Part shown: in pieces, positions 52,048 through 64,000 of the stretch
Numbering within the stretch: the first letter of the stretch is position 1
Layout of the letters: each line of letters opens with the position of its first letter
Assembly (NCBI GenBank): GCA_964057225.1
Contig: OZ059894.1
Coordinates: 23,622,001 to 23,686,000 of the forward strand
Length of the DNA: 64,000 nucleotides
Direction: 5' to 3'
Source: Auanema rhodensis
Taxonomy: Eukaryota > Animalia > Nematoda
Translations under genes and position numbers: made by a program
Notes under the pieces: model-generated
Database searches by the model: none
What the model was told of the DNA's origin: nothing
Seen by the model: the letters and a program-made list of their open reading frames with translations, nothing else

Positions 52048-55000
52048 TTAATTTATGCTAATTAAATGTACACGTGATGTGCACTTGGTATGTAACTCGC
52101 TTCACGTGAAAGATAAAGTGATGCGGTTTTCAAAATTAGATTCCCCATGTCCATATTAGTTTAAACAAACTTTTATTGTTATTGGTTCAAGGTAACCATG
52201 ACTTTGAATTTTACGTGAACTTTAATTTATGCTAATTAAATGTACACGTGATGTGCACTTGGTATGTAACTCGCTTCACGTGAAAGATAAAGAGATGCGG
52301 TTTTCAAAATTAGATTCCCCATGTCCATATTAGTCTAAAAACAAATTTTTATTGATATTGGTTCATGGTAACCATGACTTTGAAATTTACGTGAACTTTA
52401 ATTTATGCTAATTAAATGTACACGTGATGTGCACTTGGTATGTAACTCGCTTCACGTGAAAGATAAAGAGATGCGGTTTTCAAAATTAGATTCCCCATGT
52501 CTATATTAGTCTAAAAACAAATTTTTATTGATATTGGTTCATGGTAACCATGTCTTTGAAATTTACGTGAACTTTAATTTATGCTAATTAAATGTACACG
52601 TGATGTGCACTTGGTATGTAACTCGCTTCACGTGAAAGATAAAGAGATGCGGTTTTCAAAATTAGATTCCCCATGTCCATATTAGTCTAAAAACAAATTT
52701 TTATTGATATTGGTTCATGGTAACCATGACTTTGAAATTTACGTGAACTTTAATTTATGCTAATTAAATGTACACGTGATGTGCACTTGGTATGTAACTC
52801 GCTTCACGTGAAAGATAAAGTGATGCGGTTTTCAAAATTAGATTCCCCATGTCCATATTAGTTTAAACAAACTTTTATTGTTATTGGTTCAAGGTAACCA
52901 TGACTTTGAATTTTACGTGAACTTTAATTTATGCTAATTAAATGTACACGTGATGTGCACTTGGTATGTAACTCGCTTCACGTGAAAGATAAAGAGATGC
53001 GGTTTTCAAAATTAGATTCCCCATGTCCATATTAGTCTAAAAACAAATTTTTATTGATATTGGTTCATGGTAACCATGACTTTGAAATTTACGTGAACTT
53101 TAATTTATGCTAATTAAATGTACACGTGATGTGCACTTGGTATGTAACTCGCTTCACGTGAAAGATAAAGAGATGCGGTTTTCAAAATTAGATTCCCCAT
53201 GTCTATATTAGTCTAAAAACAAATTTTTATTGATATTGGTTCATGGTAACCATGTCTTTGAAATTTACGTGAACTTTAATTTATGCTAATTAAATGTACA
53301 CGTGATGTGCACTTGGTATGTAACTCGCTTCACGTGAAAGATAAAGAGATGCGGTTTTCAAAATTAGATTCCCCATGTCCATATTAGTCTAAAAACAAAC
53401 TTTTATTGTTATTGGTTCAAGGTAACCATGACTTTGAATTTTACGTGAACTTTAATTTATGCTAATTAAATGTACACGTGATGTGCACTTGGTATGTAAC
53501 TCGCTTCACGTGAAAGATAAAGAGATGCGGTTTTCAAAATTAGATTCCCCATGTCCATATTAGTCTAAAAACAAATTTTTATTGATATTGGTTCATGGTA
53601 ACCATGACTTTGAAATTTACGTGAACTTTAATTTATGCTAATTAAATGTACACGTGATGTGCACTTGGTATGTAACTCGCTTCACGTGAAAGATAAAGAG
53701 ATGCGGTTTTCAAAATTAGATTCCCCATGTCTATATTAGTCTAAAAACAAATTTTTATTGATATTGGTTCATGGTAACCATGTCTTTGAAATTTACGTGA
53801 ACTTTAATTTATGCTAATTAAATGTACACGTGATGTGCACTTGGTATGTAACTCGCTTCACGTGAAAGATAAAGAGATGCGGTTTTCAAAATTAGATTCC
53901 CCATGTCCATATTAGTCTAAAAACAAATTTTTATTGATATTGGTTCATGGTAACCATGACTTTGAAATTTACGTGAACTTTAATTTATGCTAATTAAATG
54001 TACACGTGATGTGCACTTGGTATGTAACTCGCTTCACGTGAAAGATAAAGAGATGCGGTTTTCAAAATTAGATTCCCCATGTCCATATTAGTCTAAAAAC
54101 AAATTTTTATTGATATTGGTTCATGGTAACCATGACTTTGAAATTTACGTGAACTTTAATTTATGCTAACTAAATGTACACGTGATGTGCACTTGGTATG
54201 TAACTCGCTTCACGTGAAAGATAAAGAGATGCGGTTTTCAAAATTAGATTCCCCATGTCCATATTAGTCTAAAAACAAATTTTTATTGATATTGGTTCAT
54301 GGTAACCATGACTTTGAAATTTACGTGAACTTTAATTTATGCTAATTAAATGTACACGTGATGTGCACTTGGTATGTAACTCGCTTCACGTGAAAGATAA
54401 AGAGATGCGGTTTTCAAAATTAGATTCCCCATGTCCATATTAGTCTAAAAACAAATTTTTATTGATATTGGTTCATGGTAACCATGACTTTGAAATTTAC
54501 GTGAACTTTAATTTATGCTAACTAAATGTACACGTGATGTGCACTTGGTATGTAACTCGCTTCACGTGAAAGATAAAGAGATGCGGTTTTCAAAATTAGA
54601 TTCCCCATGTCCATATTAGTCTAAAAACAAATTTTTATTGATATTGGTGCATGGTAACCATGACTTTGAAATTTACGTGAACTTTAATTTATGCTAATTA
54701 AATGTACACGTGATGTGCACTTGGTATGTAACTTGCTTCACGTGAAAGATAAAGAGATGCGGTTTTCAAAATTAGATTCCCCATGTCCATATTAGTCTAA
54801 AAACAAATTTTTTTTGTTATTGGTTCATGGTAACCATGACTTTGAAATTTACGTGAACTTTAATTTATGCTAATTAAATGTACACGTGATGTGCACTTGG
54901 TATGTAACTCGCTTCACGTGAAAGATAAAGAGATGCGGTTTTCAAAATTAGATTCCCCATGTCCATATTAGTCTAAAAACAAATTTTTATTGTTATTGGT

Positions 55001-58000
55001 TCATGGTAACCATGACTTTGAAATTTACGTGAACTTTAATTTATGCTAATTAAATGTACACGTGATGTGCACTTGGTATGTAACTCGCTTCACGTGAAAG
55101 ATAAAGAGATGCGGTTTTCAAAATTAGATTCCCCATGTCTATATTAGTCTAAAAACAAATGTTTATTGATATTGGTTCATGGTAACCATGACTTTGAAAT
55201 TTACGTGAACTTTAATTTATGCTAATTAAATGTACACGTGATGTGCACTTGGTATGTAACTCGCTTCACGTGAAAGATAAAGAGATGCGGTTTTCAAAAT
55301 TAGATTCCCCATGTCCATATTAGTCTAAAAACAAATTTTTATTGATATTGGTTCATGGTAACCATGTCTTTGAAATTTACGTGAACTTTAATTTATGCTA
55401 ATTAAATGTACACGTGATATGCACTTGGTATGTAACTCGCTTCACGTGAAAGATAAAGAGATGCGGTTTTCAAAATTAGATTCCCCATGTCCATATTAGT
55501 CTAAAAACAAATTTTTATTGTTATTGGTTCATGGTAACCATGACTTTGAAATTTACGTGAACTTTAATTTATGCTAATTAAATGTACACGTGATGTGCAC
55601 TTGGTATGTAACTCGCTTCACGTGAAAGATAAAGAGATGCGGTTTTCAAACTTAGATTCCCCATGTCCATATTAGTCTAAAAACAAATTTTTATTGATAT
55701 TGGTTCATGGTAACCATGTCTTTGAAATTTACGTGAACTTTAATTTATGCTAATTAAATGTACACGTGATGTGCACTTGGTATGTGACTCGCTTCACGTG
55801 AAAGATAAAGAGATGCGGTTTTCAAAATTAGATTCCCCATGTCCATATTAGTCTAAAAACAAATTTTTATTGATATTGGTTCATGGTAACCATGACTTTG
55901 AAATTTACGTGAACTTTAATTTATGCTAATTAAATGTACACGTGATGTGCACTTGGTATGTAACTCGCTTCACGTGAAAGATAAAGAGATGCGGTTTTCA
56001 AACTTAGATTCCCCATGTCCATATTAGTTTAAACAAACTTTTATTGTTATTGGTTCAAGGTAACCATGACTTTGAATTTTACGTGAACTTTAATTTATGC
56101 TAATTAAATGTACACGTGATGTGCACTTGGTATGTAACTCGCTTCACGTGAAAGATAAAGAGATGCGGTTTTCAAAATTAGATTCCCCATGTCCATATTA
56201 GTCTAAAAACAAATTTTTATTGATATTGGTTCATGGTAACCATGACTTTGAAATTTACGTGAACTTTAATTTATGCTAATTAAATGTACACGTGATGTGC
56301 ACTTGGTATGTAACTCGCTTCACGTGAAAGATAAAGAGATGCGGTTTTCAAAATTAGATTCCCCATGTCTATATTAGTCTAAAAACAAATTTTTATTGAT
56401 ATTGGTTCATGGTAACCATGACTTTGAAATTTACGTGAACTTTAATTTATGCTAATTAAATGTACACGTGATGTGCACTTGGTATGTAACTCGCTTCACG
56501 TGAAAGATAAAGAGATGCGGTTTTCAAAATTAGATTCCCCATGTCCATATTAGTCTAACAACAAATTTTTATTGATATTGGTTCATGGTAACCATGTCTT
56601 TGAAATTTACGTGAACTTTAATTTATGCTAATTAAATGTACACGTGATGTGCACTTGGTATGTAACTCGCTTCACGTGAAAGATAAAGAGATGCGGTTTT
56701 CAAAATTAGATTCCCCATGTCCATATTAGTCTAAAAACAAATTTTTATTGATATTGGTTCATGGTAACCATGACTTTGAAATTTACGTGAACTTTAATTT
56801 ATGCTAATTAAATGTACACGTGATGTGCACTTGGTATGTAACTCGCTTCACGTGAAAGATAAAGAGATGCGGTTTTCAAAATTAGATTCCCCATGTCCAT
56901 ATTAGTCTAAAAACAAATTTTTATTGATATTGGTTCATGGTAACCATGACTTTGAAATTTACGTGAACTTTAATTTATGCTAACTAAATGTACACGTGAT
57001 GTGCACTTGGTATGTAACTCGCTTCACGTGAAAGATAAAGAGATGCGGTTTTCAAAATTAGATTCCCCATGTCCATATTAGTCTAAAAACAAATTTTTAT
57101 TGATATTGGTGCATGGTAACCATGACTTTGAAATTTACGTGAACTTTAATTTATGCTAATTAAATGTACACGTGATGTGCACTTGGTATGTAACTTGCTT
57201 CACGTGAAAGATAAAGAGATGCGGTTTTCAAAATTAGATTCCCCATGTCCATATTAGTCTAAAAACAAATTTTTATTGATATTGGTTCATGGTAACCATG
57301 ACTTTGAAATTTACGTGAACTTTAATTTATGCTAATTAAATGTACACGTGATGTGCACTTGGTATGTAACTCGCTTCACGTGAAAGATAAAGAGATGCGG
57401 TTTTCAAAATTAGATTCCCCATGTCCATATTAGTCTAAAAACAAATTTTTATCGATATTGGTTCATGGTAACCATGTCTTTGAAATTTACGTGAACTTTA
57501 ATTTATGCTAATTAAATGTACACGTGATGTGCCCTTGGTATGTAACTCGCTTCACGTGAAAGATAAAGCGATGCGGTTTTCAAAATTAGATTCCCCATGT
57601 CCATATTAGTCTAAAAACAAATTTTTATTGATATTGGTTCATGGTAACCATGACTTTGAAATTTACGTGAACTTTAATTTATGCTAATTAAATGTACACG
57701 TGATGTGCCCTTGGTATGTAACTCGCTTCACGTGAAAGATAAAGCGATGCGGTTTTCAAAATTAGATTCCCCATGTCCATATTAGTCTAAAAACAAATTT
57801 TTATTGATATTGGTTCATGGTAACCATGACTTTGAAATTTACGTGAACTTTAATTTATGCTAATTAAATGTACACGTGATGTGCACTTGGTATGTAACTC
57901 GCTTCACGTGAAAGATAAAGAGATGCGGTTTTCAAAATTAGATTCCCCATGTCCATATTAGTCTAAAAACAAATTTTTATTGATATTGGTTCATGGTAAC

Positions 58001-61000
58001 CATGACTTTGAAATTTACGTGAACTTTAATTTATGCTAATTAAATGTACACGTGATGTGCACTTGGTATGTAACTCGCTTCACGTGAAAGATAAAGAGAT
58101 GCGGTTTTCAAAATTAGATTCCCCATGTCCATATTAGTCTAAAAACAAATTTTTATCGATATTGGTTCATGGTAACCATGTCTTTGAAATTTACGTGAAC
58201 TTTAATTTATGCTAATTAAATGTACACGTGATGTGCCCTTGGTATGTAACTCGCTTCACGTGAAAGATAAAGCGATGCGGTTTTCAAAATTAGATTCCCC
58301 ATGTCCATATTAGTCTAAAAACAAATTTTTATTGATATTGGTTCATGGTAACCATGACTTTGAAATTTACGTGAACTTTAATTTATGCTAATTAAATGTA
58401 CACGTGATGTGCACTTGGTATGTAACTCGCTTCACGTGAAAGATAAAGAGATGCGGTTTTCAAAATTAGATTCCCCATGTCCATATTAGTCTAAAAACAA
58501 ATTTTTATTGATATTGGTTCATGGTAACCATGACTTTGAAATTTACGTGAACTTTAATTTATGCTAATTAAATGTACACGTGATGTGCACTTGGTATGTA
58601 ACTCGCTTCACGTGAAAGATAAAGAGATGCGGTTTTCAAAATTAGATTCCCCATGTCCATATTAGTCTAAAAACAAATTTTTATTGATATTGGTTCATGG
58701 TAACCATGTCTTTGAAATTTACGTGAACTTTAATTTATGCTAATTAAATGTACACGTGATGTGCACTTGGTATGTAACTCGCTTCACGTGAAAGATAAAG
58801 AGATGCGGTTTTCAAAATTAGATTCCCCATGTCCATATTAGTCTAAAAACAAATTTTTATTGATATTGGTTCATGGTAACCATGACTTTGAAATTTACGT
58901 GAACTTTAATTTATGCTAATTAAATGTACACGTGATGTGCACTTGGTATGTAACTCGCTTCACGTGAAAGATAAAGAGATGCGGTTTTCAAAATTAGATT
59001 CCCCATGTCTATATTAGTCTAAAAACAAATTTTTATTGTTATTGGTTCATGGTAACCATGACTTTGAAATTTACGTGAACTTTAATTTATGCTAATTAAA
59101 TGTACACGTGATGTGCACTTGGTATGTAACTCGCTTCACGTGAAAGATAAAGTGATGCGGTTTTCAAAATTAGATTCCCCATGTCCATATTAGTTTAAAC
59201 AAACTTTTATTGTTATTGGTTCAAGGTAACCATGACTTTGAATTTTACGTGAACTTTAATTTATGCTAATTAAATGTACACGTGATGTGCACTTGGTATG
59301 TAACTCGCTTCACGTGAAAGATAAAGAGATGCGGTTTTCAAAATTAGATTCCCCATGTCCATATTAGTCTAAAAACAAATTTTTATTGATATTGGTTCAT
59401 GGTAACCATGACTTTGAAATTTACATGAACTTTAATTTATGCTAATTAAATGTACACGTGATGTGCCCTTGGTATGTAACTCGCTTCACGTGAAAGATAA
59501 AGCGATGCGGTTTTCAAAATTAGATTCCCCATGTCCATATTAGTCTAAAAACAAATTTTTATTGATATTGGTTCATGGTAACCATGACTTTGAAATTTAC
59601 GTGAACTTTAATTTATGCTAATTAAATGTACACGTGATGTGCACTTGGTATGTAACTCGCTTCACGTGAAAGATAAAGAGATGCGGTTTTCAAAATTAGT
59701 TTCCCCATGTCCATATTAGTCTAAAAACAAATTTTTATTGATATTGGTTCATGGTAACCATGACTTTGAAATTTACGTGAACTTTAATTTATGCTAATTA
59801 AATGTACACGTGATGTGCACTTGGTATGTAACTCGCTTCACGTGAAAGATAAAGAGATGCGGTTTTCAAAATTAGATTCCCCATGTCCATATTAGTCTAA
59901 AAACAAATTTTTATTGATATTGGTTCATGGTAACCATGTCTTTGAAATTTACGTGAACTTTAATTTATGCTAATTAAATGTACACGTGATGTGCACTTGG
60001 TATGTAACTCGCTTCACGTGAAAGATAAAGAGATGCGGTTTTCAAAATTAGATTCCCCATGTCCATATTAGTCTAAAAACAAATTTTTATTGATATTGGT
60101 TCATGGTAACCATGACTTTGAAATTTACGTGAACTTTAATTTATGCTAATTAAATGTACACGTGATGTGCACTTGGTATGTAACTCGCTTCACGTGAAAG
60201 ATAAAGAGATGCGGTTTTCAAAATTAGATTCCCCATGTCTATATTAGTCTAAAAACAAATTTTTATTGTTATTGGTTCATGGTAACCATGACTTTGAAAT
60301 TTACGTGAACTTTAATTTATGCTAATTAAATGTACACGTGATGTGCACTTGGTATGTAACTCGCTTCACGTGAAAGATAAAGTGATGCGGTTTTCAAAAT
60401 TAGATTCCCCATGTCCATATTAGTTTAAACAAACTTTTATTGTTATTGGTTCAAGGTAACCATGACTTTGAATTTTACGTGAACTTTAATTTATGCTAAT
60501 TAAATGTACACGTGATGTGCACTTGGTATGTAACTCGCTTCACGTGAAAGATAAAGAGATGCGGTTTTCAAAATTAGATTCCCCATGTCCATATTAGTCT
60601 AAAAACAAATTTTTATTGATATTGGTTCATGGTAACCATGACTTTGAAATTTACATGAACTTTAATTTATGCTAATTAAATGTACACGTGATGTGCACTT
60701 GGTATGTAACTCGCTTCACGTGAAAGATAAAGAGATGCGGTTTTCAAAATTAGATTCCCCATGTCTATATTAGTCTAAAAACAAATTTTTATTGATATTG
60801 GTTCATGGTAACCATGACTTTGAAATTTACGTGAACTTTAATTTATGCTAATTAAATGTACACGTGATGTGCACTTGGTATGTAACTCGCTTCACGTGAA
60901 AGATAAAGAGATGCGGTTTTCAAAATTAGATTCCCCATGTCCATATTAGTCTAAAAACAAATTTTTATTGATATTGGTTCATGGTAACCATGTCTTTGAA

Positions 61001-63475
61001 ATTTACGTGAACTTTAATTTATGCTAATTAAATGTACACGTGATGTGCACTTGGTATGTAACTCGCTTCACGTGAAAGATAAAGAGATGCGGTTTTCAAA
61101 ATTAGATTCCCCATGTCCATATTAGTCTAAAAACAAATTTTTATTGATATTGGTTCATGGTAACCATGACTTTGAAATTTACGTGAACTTTAATTTATGC
61201 TAATTAAATGTACACGTGATGTGCACTTGGTATGTAACTCGCTTCACGTGAAAGATAAAGAGATGCGGTTTTCAAAATTAGATTCCCCATGTCCATATTA
61301 GTCTAAAAACAAATTTTTATTGATATTGGTTCATGGTAACCATGACTTTGAAATTTACGTGAACTTTAATTTATGCTAACTAAATGTACACGTGATGTGC
61401 ACTTGGTATGTAACTCGCTTCACGTGAAAGATAAAGAGATGCGGTTTTCAAAATTAGATTCCCCATGTCCATATTAGTCTAAAAACAAATTTTTATTGAT
61501 ATTGGTTCATGGTAACCATGACTTTGAAATTTACGTGAACTTTAATTTATGCTAATTAAATGTACACGTGATGTGCACTTGGTATGTAACTCGCTTCACG
61601 TGAAAGATAAAGAGATGCGGTTTTCAAAATTAGATTCCCCATGTCCATATTAGTCTAAAAACAAATTTTTATTGATATTGGTTCATGGTAACCATGACTT
61701 TGAAATTTACGTGAACTTTAATTTATGCTAATTAAATGTACACGTGATGTGCACTTGGTATGTAACTCGCTTCACGTGAAAGATAAAGAGATGCGGTTTT
61801 CAAAATTAGATTCCCCATGTCCATATTAGTCTAAAAACAAATTTTTATTGATATTGGTTCATGGTAACCATGACTTTGAAATTTACGTGAACTTTAATTT
61901 ATGCTAACTAAATGTACACGTGATGTGCACTTGGTATGTGACTCGCTTCACGTGAAAGATAAAGAGATGCGGTTTTCAAAATTAGATTCCCCATGTCCAT
62001 ATTAGTCTAAAAACAAATTTTTATTGATATTGGTGCATGGTAACCATGACTTTGAAATTTACGTGAACTTTAATTTATGCTAATTAAATGTACACGTGAT
62101 GTGCACTTGGTATGTAACTTGCTTCACGTGAAAGATAAAGAGATGCGGTTTTCAAAATTAGATTCCCCATGTCCATATTAGTCTAAAAACAAATTTTTTT
62201 TGTTATTGGTTCATGGTAACCATGACTTTGAAATTTACGTGAACTTTAATTTATGCTAATTAAATGTACACGTGATGTGCACTTGGTATGTAACTCGCTT
62301 CACGTGAAAGATAAAGAGATGCGGTTTTCAAAATTAGATTCCCCATGTCCATATTAGTCTAAAAACAAATTTTTATTGTTATTGGTTCATGGTAACCATG
62401 ACTTTGAAATTTACGTGAACTTTAATTTATGCTAATTAAATGTACACGTGATGTGCACTTGGTATGTAACTCGCTTCACGTGAAAGATAAAGAGATGCGG
62501 TTTTCAAAATTAGATTCCCCATGTCTATATTAGTCTAAAAACAAATGTTTATTGATATTGGTTCATGGTAACCATGACTTTGAAATTTACGTGAACTTTA
62601 ATTTATGCTAATTAAATGTACACGTGATGTGCACTTGGTATGTAACTCGCTTCACGTGAAAGATAAAGAGATGCGGTTTTCAAAATTAGATTCCCCATGT
62701 CCATATTAGTCTAAAAACAAATTTTTATTGATATTGGTTCATGGTAACCATGTCTTTGAAATTTACGTGAACTTTAATTTATGCTAATTAAATGTACACG
62801 TGATATGCACTTGGTATGTAACTCGCTTCACGTGAAAGATAAAGAGATGCGGTTTTCAAAATTAGATTCCCCATGTCCATATTAGTCTAAAAACAAATTT
62901 TTATTGTTATTGGTTCATGGTAACCATGACTTTGAAATTTACGTGAACTTTAATTTATGCTAATTAAATGTACACGTGATGTGCACTTGGTATGTAACTC
63001 GCTTCACGTGAAAGATAAAGAGATGCGGTTTTCAAAATTAGATTCCCCATGTCCATATTAGTCTAAAAACAAATTTTTATTGATATTGGTTCATGGTAAC
63101 CATGTCTTTGAAATTTACGTGAACTTTAATTTATGCTAATTAAATGTACACGTGATGTGCACTTGGTATGTGACTCGCTTCACGTGAAAGATAAAGAGAT
63201 GCGGTTTTCAAAATTAGATTCCCCATGTCCATATTAGTCTAAAAACAAATTTTTATTGATATTGGTTCATGGTAACCATGACTTTGAAATTTACGTGAAC
63301 TTTAATTTATGCTAATTAAATGTACACGTGATGTGCACTTGGTATGTAACTCGCTTCACGTGAAAGATAAAGAGATGCGGTTTTCAAACTTAGATTCCCC
63401 ATGTCCATATTAGTTTAAACAAACTTTTATTGTTATTGGTTCAAGGTAACCATGACTTTGAATTTTACGTGAACT
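52048..63475 (+). repeat. Divergent 174-bp monomer variant, six copies starting 52048, 52750, 55916, 59082, 60312, 63302
   Basis: AGTTTAAACAAACTTTTATTGTTATTGGTTCAAGG...GAATTTTACG, i.e. C114T, a 2-bp A-tract deletion, T125C, A134T, T145A and A164T. Each shifts the phase by 2 bp. Confidence 0.94.
58202..60661 (+). repeat. Tandem 7-monomer duplication (period 1230 bp)
   Basis: A36C+A72C monomers at 58202/59432, 174-bp monomers at 59082/60312, and G170A (TTACATG) at 59425/60655. Confidence 0.92.
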
Positions 63476-64000
63476 TTAATTTATGCTAATTAAATGTACA
63501 CGTGATGTGCACTTGGTATGTAACTCGCTTCACGTGAAAGATAAAGAGATGCGGTTTTCAAAATTAGATTCCCCATGTCCATATTAGTCTAAAAACAAAT
63601 TTTTATTGATATTGGTTCATGGTAACCATGACTTTGAAATTTACGTGAACTTTAATTTATGCTAATTAAATGTACACGTGATGTGCACTTGGTATGTAAC
63701 TCGCTTCACGTGAAAGATAAAGAGATGCGGTTTTCAAAATTAGATTCCCCATGTCTATATTAGTCTAAAAACAAATTTTTATTGATATTGGTTCATGGTA
63801 ACCATGACTTTGAAATTTACGTGAACTTTAATTTATGCTAATTAAATGTACACGTGATGTGCACTTGGTATGTAACTCGCTTCACGTGAAAGATAAAGAG
63901 ATGCGGTTTTCAAAATTAGATTCCCCATGTCCATATTAGTCTAAAAACAAATTTTTATTGATATTGGTTCATGGTAACCATGTCTTTGAAATTTACGTGA

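Larger units (their letters stand above)
1..64000. repeat. Tandem satellite DNA array, 176-bp monomer, 364 copies, putative centromeric/pericentromeric satellite
   Basis: The sequence recurs every 176 bp (TTAATTTATGCTAATTAAAT at 1, 177, 353, 529, 705, 881...). Phase bookkeeping closes exactly: 364x176 minus 61 bp of deletions (9x5, 4x1, 6x2) = 64003. All copies are in one orientation with no foreign sequence. The satellite call is direct; the centromeric role is inference from monomer size and homogeneity. Confidence 0.99.

Noticed and set aside
1-64000. CRISPR array (palindromic motifs at regular spacing)
   Set aside because: The sequence between palindromes is as invariant as the palindromes themselves. 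There are no unique spacers, leader or cas genes.
1-64000. Assignment to a named satellite such as Brassica CentBr, Arabidopsis CEN178 or primate alpha-satellite
   Set aside because: Only the length is similar. The sequence does not resemble those consensus sequences as I recall them, and I cannot run a search.
1-64000. A single fixed-period higher-order repeat
   Set aside because: Duplication periods vary locally (4, 5, 7, 8, 9, 10, 11, 16 and 40-42 monomers), so no global HOR fits.

Overview
The whole 64 kb window is one uninterrupted, head-to-tail, single-orientation tandem satellite array. It holds 364 monomers, the last truncated by 3 bp at the window edge. The monomer is 176 bp and ~32% GC, with consensus TTAATTTATGCTAATTAAATGTACACGTGATGTGCACTTGGTATGTAACTCGCTTCACGTGAAAGATAAAGAGATGCGGTTTTCAAAATTAGATTCCCCATGTCCATATTAGTCTAAAAACAAATTTTTATTGATATTGGT(G/T)CATGGTAACCATGACTTTGAAATTTACGTGAACT. 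Most monomers differ from this by only a few bases. I see no genes, RNA genes, transposon insertions, inversions or CRISPR spacers. The four 60-aa ORFs arise from point loss of the single in-frame stop in the monomer. Nucleosome-sized monomers, high homogeneity and array length suggest a eukaryotic centromeric or pericentromeric satellite (inference); I do not recognise the family or organism. The interesting signal is internal. (i) The monomer is packed with dyad symmetries and carries three ACGT-core E-box/G-box-like sites, one matching the RTCACRTG CDEI consensus. (ii) Diagnostic variants reveal nested, variable-period higher-order duplications of 4 to ~42 monomers. (iii) Variant sets turn over regionally, including a G-to-T sweep at monomer position 142. 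(iv) There are 171-, 175- and 174-bp length variants, some present as recombinant mosaics. Monomer positions below are numbered with window base 1 as position 1.
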